Positions 41,281 to 62,830 of a stretch of 64,000 nucleotides of DNA are shown here, piece by piece; position 1 is the first letter of the stretch; the number at the start of each line of letters is the position of its first letter. Both the position numbers and the translations under genes were made by a program. The DNA comes from Antedon mediterranea (Eukaryota; Animalia; Echinodermata). The notes below the pieces were generated by a model, which made no database searches, had not been told where the DNA came from, and was given only the letters and a program-made list of their open reading frames with translations. The DNA is taken from positions 6,549,888 to 6,613,887 of the forward strand of contig NC_092676.1 of NCBI RefSeq assembly GCF_964355755.1, written 5' to 3'.

Positions 41281-41320
<40 letters not shown>

Positions 41321-41722
41321 ACATATATATTTGTGTGTATGTAAATCTATTACATTTTTTTATCTGAAAGATGATATTCAGATTTTATTACCATGTACTA
41401 GTAAAAATAAAAATAACTATATGTAATCTTCATGTTAACCTTCTTCAGAAGTAAGTTAAAAATTATCATTTTATGATCAAAAAGAAATATACTATCTAAT
41501 TTTCTCCTTTATATAAATATATTATTTTATCCAAGGGGTTGCACATGTTCACATGTCTTGTTATGTATTGCACCTTTGTCTTGTCTTTATGTTGTCTGTA
41601 ATGTCACTGCACTAACGGGTGACCGGCTAACGAGCTTCGCTCTTACGGTTATCCATCCATATAAGTTGTTTATCTTATGTTCATAAATTGAAATGGAAAA
41701 TAAACTGAAACTGAAACTGTTA

Positions 41723-41901
41723 AGCGTGGTTCCCACTAGCGACGCAATGCAAGGACGTAACGCAACGCAAGTGAATTGACCAATCACAAGCGATGGCTTA
41801 TTCGCTTGTGATTGCTAACTGACTATAACTTCGCTTGTCATTGGTTAAAACGCTTGCGTTGCGTTTACGTCCTTGCGTTACGTTCTAGTGGGAACCAAAC
41901 T
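41723..41901. mobile_element. MITE family B, best preserved copy, TTA TSD
   Basis: TTA|AGCGTGGTTCCCACTAG..CTAGTGGGAACCAAACT|TTA; long fold-back. Confidence 0.8.
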
Positions 41902-42418
41902 TTATATTCACCGTGATTACTAGTCATTGTTCTTGGTTGAGAATAATAATATATTGAGTAGTTTTTTATATAGTCTTTTTATAATGCAATACAAACATAT
42001 ATAATTTAAAAAAAAAACAAAACAAAGGGCCGGGACAAACAGAATAAGTATCAATTATTAGAATTTGATGTGATGATTATCGACCACCACCACCGAGATT
42101 GCTCATGGAATAGTTTTATACACACCTTATATTCATTAGGCCTACAGTTTAATATTATGGATTTTCAGTTTGAGGATCGACTTGAACTCTACTGTAGAGA
42201 AAGCATCAATAATTTATTTCTACAGTGCATACAAATAATCTTAGAAATTATCATCATTTTGAAGATTATTTGTATGTACATCGTTTTGTTTTTTATACGT
42301 TTTTATTTATTTTTGTTATAAAATATTTTAATTTAAACATTGAATAAACAGCAAATTCGAGGTATGGGCGGTTTGGGTTGGCGAAGGAACAGACTTGGCT
42401 GGCGAAATTGAAACTTCA

Positions 42419-42500
42419 TCACGTGACATAATGTCACATGGCCGAGCTCATTGTAGCAAATCTTAAAATATGTTCTTATTTTAATACAGAAAGTCACGTG
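42419..42500 (+). promoter_or_regulatory. Cluster of three CLEAR/M-box-like E-boxes upstream of cathepsin L-like 1
   Basis: TCACGTGAC 42419-42427, GTCACATG 42433-42440, GTCACGTG 42493-42500. Confidence 0.65.
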
Positions 42501-42614
42501 CCCGAAACAGATTCTTATAATATAACACACTGAATATATATATTATATAATCAAACTATTTTATATTCAGTGTGAGTTGTAGTTTTCATCTGTTCGTACC
42601 AACCATTAATAATC

Positions 42615-45912
<3,298 letters not shown>

Positions 45913-46939
45913 ATTTAGGTGAGTTAAAATAATGTAGTTATGATGCTGAAGATAATGACTAATTAACTGAAAACGCGTTGAAAATCAACATATCCACTGC
46001 TGGTGCAATAAAGGCTATCCTTGGTGCAATCAGGTCAAAGTTCCTGTTTTACACGCAGAGCAATACTAGCATTATTATATGAATTAAGCTATTATTTATG
46101 ATAACAATGGCTGTTAGTTATGAGGATTGTGAAGATATTATTAGGAAGCTTTCAATTTCTAGGGACATTTTGACGCGGTTTCTGACACAATTGATCTCAG
46201 GAACACAGTTTTGGCGAAGGCCCACGGCACAATAGCCTACATGTTGTAGGTATTTGTAAAATTAAAAGCTTCCTAACACACCAACTTGTTGGTGTAAAAA
46301 GAATGTGCGTTTACGGAAACTGTTCGATATGGTTAAAATAATACCGGTAACAACAAAAATAATGCTAAAAAATCATAACTCATTAAAAAATTAATATTTT
46401 GGTTTCTTCTTTCTTCTAGATTTGCTTTATAAAGTAATTGTCGAAGCTTAAACGTACATTTATAGAAAATCAGAAGATAGTCTGAAATACAAGCTTGTTA
46501 TTCTAGTAAAATCAAGTGTTGGATATACAAATTATACTTAACATGACGCACGTGCACGTTTAATTGATGGTACATTAACATTACTAAGATTCCTGATTTG
46601 TTGCGCATTTTTTCACGTCACAAACAGTCGATACAAATATTAATACGCATGCGTAATAGTCAACACTTTCGATTCGCGTGAAGAAATTCGTCTAGTGCAA
46701 TTTAACCATGCTTTACACACTAGCTGAATTTATTCGCGGTAATCGAAAGACGCAGTTTTTACGCATGCGTAATCAACCATCTTTCAAATCCGTTTCTGTG
46801 CCAAATTCATTTCTTTTTTACTTTTTACAAGTTTACTTGTTTTTATTTTTAAATTGAGCAGCTAATCGGAGTTCATTGCAATTATGAAAAAAAGGGTAAA
46901 AACGTTGCAGTTTTTTGAGGAAAAAAAAACCTCATTATA

Positions 46940-49900
46940 ATTGACAAATTTCGACCTTTTTATTTTTTGACATAACTAGTTACTGTGGCTCAATAACTTA
47001 ATGATAACACAGTATATGCGCATATATGGCAATATTATCGCCAAAATATCCACTTGTTATAGAGCCATAGTAACTAGTTATGTCCAAAAATAAAAGAGTC
47101 GACATTTTGGCATTATGCTATAATATTGCAATATATGCCCATATATTGTGTTATCATCACCTTATAGAGTCATATTAACTGGTTATGTCGAAAAATAAAA
47201 GGGTCGAAATTTGACCATTTTCGAAAATTTCCCTGTATTATAGAACAGGGATTTTTCGGAAATGGTCAAAATAGCCACTTTCTAAAATTCAGTTCTTATG
47301 CGATAATGTTGCCATATATGCTTATATATTGTGTTATCATCACCTTATAGAGTCATAGTAACCAGATATGTCCAAAAATAAAATGGTCGGAATTTTGGCA
47401 TTTTTCGAAAATGTCCCTGTACAGAGAATTTTTTGAAAAATGGCCAAATTATCCACTTTTTAAAATTCAGTTATTATGCGATAATATTGCAAGGTGATGA
47501 TAACACAATATATGTGCATATGTGCATATATTTTATGCACATATATTGTGTTATCATCCCCTTATAGAGTCATAGTAACTAGTTTTGTCCAAAAATATAA
47601 GGGTCGAAATTTATGTCAAAAGTGGTTACTATAGAACAATTGATATGCGCAGAACCCATTTTTCGACTCTGCACATTTTTATTATGCAATAGTAAACATT
47701 TATGTCAAAAAATAAAAGGGTCGGAAATCGACCATTTCGACCTTTGTATTTTTCGATAAAACTGGTTACTATAGCACAATTAACATGCACAGAACCCATT
47801 GTTTGACTCTGCGCATGTTTATTATGCTATAGTAACCATTTATGTCAAAAGTGGTTACTATAGCACAATTGACATGCGCAGAACCCATTGTTCGACTCTG
47901 CGTATGTTTTTATGCTATAGTAACCATTTATGTAAAGGAATAAAAGGGTTGAAAATCGGCCATATTTCGAAAATTTCCTGTACTATAGTACAGGGATTTT
48001 TTCCAAAAAATGACCAATTTTCGAACTTTTTATTTACGATAAAACTGGTTACTATAGCACAATTAACGTGCACAGAACCCATTATTTGACTCTGCGCATA
48101 TTTTTTATGCTATAGTAACCATTTATTTAAAGGAATAAACGGGTCGAAAATCGGCAATTTTTCGAAAATTTCCTGTACTATAGTACAGGGATTTTATTCT
48201 ATTTATGCTATATTAACCATTTATGTAAACAAATAAACGGGTCGAAAATCGGCCATATTTCGAAAATTTCCTGTACAGGGATTTTTTCCAAAATATGGCC
48301 AATTTTCGACCTTTTTATTTTCGATAAAACTTGTTACTATAGCACAATTAACATGCGCAGAACCCATTAATTGACTCTGCGCAGGTTTATTATGCTATAT
48401 TAACCATTTATGTCAAAAGTGTTTACTATATTAGCACAATTGACATGCGCAAAACCCATTATTCGACACTGCGCATGTTTTTTATGCTATAGTAACCATT
48501 TATGTAAAGGAATAAAAGGGTCGAAAATCGGCCATATTTTGAAAATTTCCCGTACTATATTACAGGGATTTTTTCCAAAATATGGCCAAATTTCGACCTT
48601 TTTATTTTTCGATAAAACTGGTTACTATAGCACAATTAACATGCACAGAACCCATTATTCGACTCTGCGCATGTTTATTATGCTATAGTAACCATTTATG
48701 TGGAAAGTGGTTACTAAAGCACAATTGACATGCGCAGAACCAATTATTCGACTCCGCGCATGTTTTTTGTTATGCTATAGAGTAACCATTTATGTAAAAA
48801 AATAAAAGGGTCGAAAATCGGCCATATTTCGAAATTTCCTGTACTATAGTACAGGGATTTTTTTCCAAAATATGGCCAATTTTCGACCTTCTTATTTTTC
48901 AATAAAACTGGTTACTATAGCACAATTAACATGTACAGAACCCATTATTCGACTCTGCGCATGTTTATTATGCTATAGTAACCATTTATGTGGAAAGTGG
49001 TTACTAAAGCACAATTGACATGCGCAGAACCCATTATTCGGCTTCGCGCCTGTTTTTGTTATGCTATAGAGTAACCATTTATGTAAAAAAATAAAAGGGT
49101 CGAAAATCGGCCATATTTCGAAAAAAAACCTGTACAGGGATTTTTTCCAAAATATTGCCTATTTTTCGAACTTTTTATTTTCGATAAAACTGGTTACTAT
49201 AGCACAATTAACATGCACAGAACCCATTATTCGACTGTGCGCATATTTATTATGCTATAGTAGTAACCATTTATGTCAAAAGTGTTTACTATAGCACAAT
49301 TGACATGCGCAGAACCCATTATTCGACTCTGCGCATGTTTTTTATGCTATAGTAACCATTTATGTAAAGGAATAAAAAGGTCGAAAATCGGCCATATTTC
49401 GAAAATTTCCTGTACAATAGTACAGGGATTTTTTTTCCAAAATATGGCCAATTTTCGACCTTTTTATTTTTCGATAAAACTGGTTACTATAGCACAATTA
49501 ACATGCACAAAACCCATTATTCGACTCTGCGCATGTTTATTATGCTATAGTAACCATTTATGTGGAAAGTGGTTACTAAAGCACAATTGACATGCGCAGA
49601 ACCCATTATTCGACTCCGCGCCTGTTTTTTTTATGCTATAGAGTAACCATTTATGTAAAAAAATAAAAGGGTCGAAATCGGCCATATTTCGAAAAAAACC
49701 CTGTAGGGCCTACAGGGATTTTTTCCAAAATATTGCCCAATTTTCGACCTTTTTATTTTTCGATAAAACTGGTTACTATAGCACAATTAACATGCACAGA
49801 ACCCATTATTCGACTCTGCGCATAGTAAATAAGTTATGTCTAAAAATAAAAGGGTCGAAATTTGACAATTTTTCGAAAATTTCTCTGTACTATAATATTT

Positions 49901-50920
49901 CTAAAATGTAGTTGTTATGCGATAATATTGCCATATATGCGCATATATTGTGTTATCATCACCTTATAGGGTCATAGTAACTAGTTATGTCCAAAAAATA
50001 AAAATGATTGAAATGTTGGCATTTTTCAAAAATATTTTTTAATTCAGTTCTTAAAGATGTATTGTCCCTTTGTCAAATTCCAAAAAAAAAAAAAAAATTA
50101 GAAAAAATGTGTCATTTTGAAGTATCATAATAGTTATTAATTTTCACCGAAAATGAGTAGAAAAAAAAATCATCTAACTGAAATACAGACGTTTTTTGGT
50201 TTAAAACTTATCTCATAATGCAACGCGCTTATTTGGCTACTCTGTATGCATAATCATAAAACTTCCTCGCGATCTGTGTGAAAACACCTTCTCATCCGCG
50301 ACGAGTTGTAAACAATCCTGATTAGCATCATGCATAATGCATACTCATGGTTTGAAATCTTTGTTTACTTTCGCTCGGGACGATTATCCAGACGAAATGT
50401 AATCAATTGAATTTACCTGTTAATTACGTAAACTTGTTGTTTTTGCCTCGAATTATCGACTTAAAGTGAATAACTTTAATATTACTTTGATATGGCCAAT
50501 TTAAATTTAGAATATTTTGACCATCGTGTTTGTGTGTTTCAAGGGACAATACATCTTTAAGCAATAAAATTGCCATATATGCTCATATATTGTGTTAATA
50601 TCAACTTATAGGGTCATAGTAACTAGTTATGTCAAAACATAAAAGGGTCGAAATTTGGCAATTTTTTGAAAAAAATCCCTCTACAGGAATTTTTTAGAAA
50701 TATTGCCAAAATATCAAGTTTTAAAAATTTAATTATTATGCGATAATATTGCTGTATATGATCATTATATTGCTTTATCATCATCTTATAGTGCCATAGA
50801 AACCAGTTAAGTCGCGAAAAATAGAAGGGTTGAAAATGTGATATTTTTCGAAAAAAATCCCTGTACAGGGATTTTTTAGAAAAATTACCAAAATATAAAG
50901 TTTTTAAAATTCAATTATTA
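46940..50920. repeat. Complex palindromic satellite: ~290-bp unit x about 7 (47740-49820) flanked on both sides by related ~180-bp units
   Basis: tttcgaccttttta..cgataaaactggttactatagcacaatt recurs near 47740, 48020, 48303, 48591, 48881, 49165, 49453, 49741. Confidence 0.9.
50055..50556. mobile_element. Kolobok-like non-autonomous transposon, perfect TIRs, TTAA TSD
   Basis: TTAA|AGATGTATTGTCCCTT...AAGGGACAATACATCT|TTAA. Confidence 0.85.
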
Positions 50921-51139
50921 TAATTTTAATTTCTCTAGACAAAAAAATCTCCCCACACCATTAGACAGCAATTTCTTAATTTATGGACAAACTTACCACA
51001 CCCCCATTAACAGACTTGCCATATGGTGTTTACATGGTCATGGAGAGCCGCTGAAAGATACATAGTGTTCAATTTGTTTGATGGAAAGCAAAACAGAGTA
51101 TCAACTTTTCTTATAATTATAATAATTATCTTTATTTAA

Positions 51140-51173
<34 letters not shown>

Positions 51174-54009
51174 AAGAAAACAATTCTTCTATCAATCATG
51201 ACAATAATTTTAAAAATATAATAACACACATTAAACTATTATTTTGGTACCATTGGTGTATCTGGCACACTGACCTTTCCTTATTATTGTTATATTATGT
51301 TTATGATTTGCAAATATTCTCAACATTCAACTCATAAGCATTTATTATTTGTATAGTAATGTGTCTTAGAGCAAACACAATAATACACCTCTAAATCACC
51401 GATTTATAGGATCACAAGATCAGTGAGTGGTATAAAGTACATTTTAATTTCGATACTAGAACTAAAGTGGCTCAAATAAATTATATATTGTATAGTTTTA
51501 TTACCCTACGACCTAATCATACCACCTATACGACTAATAACAAATTATGAATCTGGTCCTGTGCTTTTTTTTTATAGGTCTACTTAAAAAGTAGGCCTAT
51601 GTTTCCTCCTTAAACAAAGTATGAAGACAGTTATAGAACATCAGTAAAACAGCTTACAGAATAATAGGAACTAAAGATAGTAAGAACGCTAAAGATATTG
51701 TTAACAGTGCCAAAAGTAAACAATTTAAAGTAATTATGTCGGATGAGTATCACCTTCTCCGCCATTACTTTATCTTTAGTAAGTCATGACGTTTAGTGTA
51801 CCCACGATGGAAAACCAACAGAATGAGAAACTCATTCCTCCCTACTGCAATAAGGCAATTCAATGAAACCTGGAAACGTTGATCATTATACCCTTACACA
51901 CACCAATCTTGCTTGTATTTTGTATTTTTAACGATGTATTTTATCTGTATTTAAACGATGTGTTTTATCTGTGTTTTACCAATACATTTTTATAATTTTA
52001 TGTAAAACTTACAAAAATAATTTCAACATATGTACATATTTTACTGTATTTGACCACGGATAAATAGTAAAGTAGTATTTGGATTTCACAGTAATGGGCA
52101 CGTACAATATCAACATCTATGATCTATGCGAAGCTATGTATTATATGTATGTTTAAATTATAGTTATAGTTAATTATAGTATTGACTTAATCTCCAAAAC
52201 TACTGGCCCAACCGATTTGTATAATCATACACTCATAAAATAAACTAATTTTGTTCTGGGGGAGTCTTTCACTTGACTAAAGAAGAATATCCAGACAACC
52301 TGAATGTTGCTTAAACCGCGGAAGCTATAGTCTACTGATAATCCAACAAAATTGATAATAAACACTTTTTTTTTAATTTCTAAAACAAACAAAAAACATA
52401 ATAATAAAGAACAGAAAGAGTTTAAAGAGCTTGAAATGAAAAGCTACAAACTGTAGAAATCCTCAAATAGTAATTAAACCTTTATTTTAAATACAATTAC
52501 ACAAAACAATTAACGTAGAGATTTCCATTTTTTCCAATTCCTGTTTATATATAAATATAGGCCTAGATTTCTATAAAAACAAATTTATTTTCTTGGTTTA
52601 ACCTTTCTAATTTTACAGCAGAAAATATATATAGCCTCTCTACTCGAACACAAATAAGATCACAAATAAGATAGTTTAACAACAACAATTTTAATCATGT
52701 ATTTTACAGCCATTTTTCATTTTTACATTTTAATTAATATCTAACATTTTAATGAAAACAAATATGGTTAATACTGAATTCAAGCATCTTATTATGTAAA
52801 CATACCTGTATTTTAACTACTTTAAACACTGACTTTTATTTGTCACAAATGTACTTATATGTATATAATATATTCACCAATGAGAATTTAAATAAACGTG
52901 AGATGAACTCACACAAGACAAAAAAAAGAAAATATAAACTTATGTAATAGTTTAACAAATTGTGTACATTTAATACCAAATAACAAATATTATTTGGATT
53001 AGATGAGAGCAATATATCCAAACAACTCAAATTCCCATAATAAATGCAACATATTGTTTTTATTTTTTGGTTAAAAAAGTGAATAACGGTTATATATGGT
53101 CAGATACGGGCAACACATTTCTACTAATCATACATTCCAATAACTATCGATCTATAGTTTCCCCTATGTTTCATAAGTTTTGGGATTTTATTTGTGTTAC
53201 ACAAGCTTGTTGATAATACTTAATCACTTTCTTATCAATGGGGAGATAGTTCAAATTACATAGTAACGTCTCTATTCTTTTGTATACAAAAGAAAGGCAT
53301 TAAAAAAACTATGAAAAATAAACGGTGTGGTATAAAATGTTATCAGATGACTAAATATAGTAATATAGTATAGTAATATAACTTGGATTTTATATTTCTA
53401 GTATTTTTTATTCAACTTCAGAATTGAACAATTGAACCCCTTGAATATCCTTATTACCCCGTATCTCATACGGGATAATTTACTGTCCCAGGTCCCAGTA
53501 ATTTGTTGGGTCACTGAATTGCAATTTTTGAGCATTTGACCTTTGATCTTAGTAAAAAATGCAAATTTTCGGTAGATCAAAACATTTCACATAACAATAA
53601 AACCAACAATTGCAGAAAGTGATTGTCATAAAAATGTATTGTGCATTCTTCCTAAAACTATTAAAATAGTTTATTTACCCTCAGTCACTTGAGGTAGAAA
53701 CCTCAAGTGTCTACAAAGGGTGAAGTGCATTGAATGAGTTTGGGAAAAACTGTTTTATTATATATTTGTCAAACACATTCAACTCATAAACTTTTACTAT
53801 TTGCATAATGTGCCCTAGAGCAAACAAAGATGTCTCTAAACCACCGATTTATAGGATCACAAGACCAGTAAATGGTATAAAGGTACCTCTTTATTTAAAT
53901 ACTAGAACTCAAGTGCCTGAAATAAGGCCTATATTATAATAGTTTTCTATCATACGTATCATTCATTTGTGTTTTTTGATCTGTTCGTACCACCAAACAA
54001 TACCAAATA

Positions 54010-60550
<6,541 letters not shown>

Positions 60551-62668
60551 TTTCAGGTGAGTTAAAAATGTTCTGCCGTCATGAAAATGATAATTGTAAC
60601 AATGTATAAAACGATTTAATAAGAATTAAGATGATGGTGATAACACTGGCACTGATAACTCGGGCACTGCGGTTACTGTTCAAATTATGACTCTATTCGA
60701 TTTTTATAATTGTAACAATTATTATAAATGATACAAATAAGAATTAAGATGATGTTGATGATGATAATGATAATGATGATGGTGATGATGGCAAGGCAGT
60801 GCGTGAAATAGGCACCCAATAAGCAGCGTTGCTGGAATATTATTGGTAATTTTAAATGATTATTTTTTTTATGACGATAATGATATTGTGAATACTAGTA
60901 ATAACAATTGCGCTTGGATTACTGTTCAAATTATGACTATTCGATTTTCCCAAAATGTATCTGTTTTTCAGCCTACAATGCAGTTAAAAACACTATTCAT
61001 ACAAACTTCTTTGTATTAAAAAATAAATAATATGGGTTATTGTGATAATTGTTTTTGTCTTTATACGGTTAGAAATGATAACAAAAAAGTAAAGTATAAT
61101 AATGTTATGTGATGCACCCATTTTTGAGGCGATGAGTACTGTGAACTTTTCAGTGAAAATACCGGGTCTTCGCGGTTTGTATTAACGGATTCTTCACCCC
61201 CCACCCAACCCCTCAACAACTACCACAAAATTAAATTAATTTAGCAACCAGACAACGCCAGATTAAGCAACTATGGACATGTTTGTACGTTGTCGTTGTT
61301 ACCTGGAGTAGGGCCATTACACAATCCAAACCCAGGTGCGTCAATCAGAACTATTAAGTATAGTTCGCATCGTTGATCGGAAATAAAAAATGCACCTTGT
61401 TTTCCCTTTTATCACAATCAACCATAGATGGTACATTTTAAGATCATTATTTTTAAAGTAATATATACGAAGTGTTCTTACAAAAGGTCAAATATTTTAT
61501 GGATATTGTCTTTAGAAAACAATGTATAATTCATTTTAAAAAGCCTATAAAACCACTATATTTACACATATTTTTACGTTAATCTTTTTTTTGCATAGAT
61601 TTGCTTTACTACGATTAATTTCGACGCTGCTGCTTATGCAGCTTATACAAGAAGAGAATCGCTTTATACTTGGTCTGGTAAAATTCAAAAAAGAAGATTT
61701 GACATTTTTAACACAGGATGATCTAACGAGCTACGTATATACAAATGTAGATTACCACCGTATTTGTGTATTTAACTAAATTGATAATTCTCTTTTCAAT
61801 TTAATGTACAAATATATTTTTTTGCGTTACTATGTAAAATGTTATATTGTTGTTTCAAATGAGCATTAATTGTCCTTTACTGTTTCGTAATCATTATCGT
61901 CTATTTTAATAACCGTTATCCTCGTTTCTCTAATATAAAGTATCCGTAATTTTATTATAGTTATAGAGATCATGACTATCATCATCGTCTATATAACCGG
62001 TATCACTATACTTGTTATCACTATAAAATTCAATGTTACACTTTGACACATTATACAGCTAAATATTCAACTTTGACATTTGTTAGAAGCATACTTACTT
62101 CAACATCCCCACTCTCCCAAAAAGGAAAACCTACCAGTGGCCAACAAGATATACTACACTAGACATAATGTCATACCGTATAACAAACAAGAAATAATTA
62201 ACAAAAGCAAAAACTGAAAACAAATTGAGTATCTAGGCCTACTGTCATAAAGTTTGAAAAAACTGTTAACATGTAAAACAATTAAATAAACGGGTTATTT
62301 TAAAATAATGTATACTTCAAGCAGTGACAAGCAAAAAAAAATTAAAACAATTGGAATTTTAAGTTTATGTAATTTGTTTCTGTTATTGTTGCAAATTCCA
62401 TTTACCAAATTGTTTATCCTTTGCATTATTTTATTTTTGATGCTAAAATAATTAATATCAATTAATAATTACTCAGTCAATACTTTGTGTGACAATTGAA
62501 TCTGTATGATGTCGTCTGATCTTGGTAATTTTATTAAATAATATAGTCTGATAATTTAATAACAATCGTGTATCACATTATTGATGAATTTTATTACATT
62601 TTATGATATTACAACTGCATGCTTTGATCCTACCCTCTACTCGTTTTGTAGTGTTTGCGTTCAATAAG

Positions 62669-62830
62669 CGACTTCGATAACTCCAAGGTCAATCAGGACA
62701 AAAAGTTCCATCTAGCCCCGAGTCTAGCGCGACGATGCAAATTTACATCACTACGCTAGGGCCTGCTAGATGGAACTTTTTGTCCCGATTGATCTTGTAA
62801 ATATGGCGCCATCTGGAGTTATCACAGTCG
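62669..62830. repeat. Fold-back / long hairpin element
   Basis: 32-bp arms 62685-62716 and 62765-62796 with 2 differences, plus outer cgact..gataactcca / tggagttatc..agtcg arms. Confidence 0.8.

Larger units (their letters stand above)
34495..41290. repeat. Tandem segmental repeat, ~1.73-kb unit x4
   Basis: Unit starts at 34495, 36224, 37948, 39684; near-identical ORFs recur in the ORF track. Confidence 0.97.

Noticed and set aside
47740-49820. CRISPR array or repeat protein (ORFs 47799, 48410, 49273)
   Set aside because: No variable spacers; the ORFs are chance translations of satellite units with frame-breaking indels.
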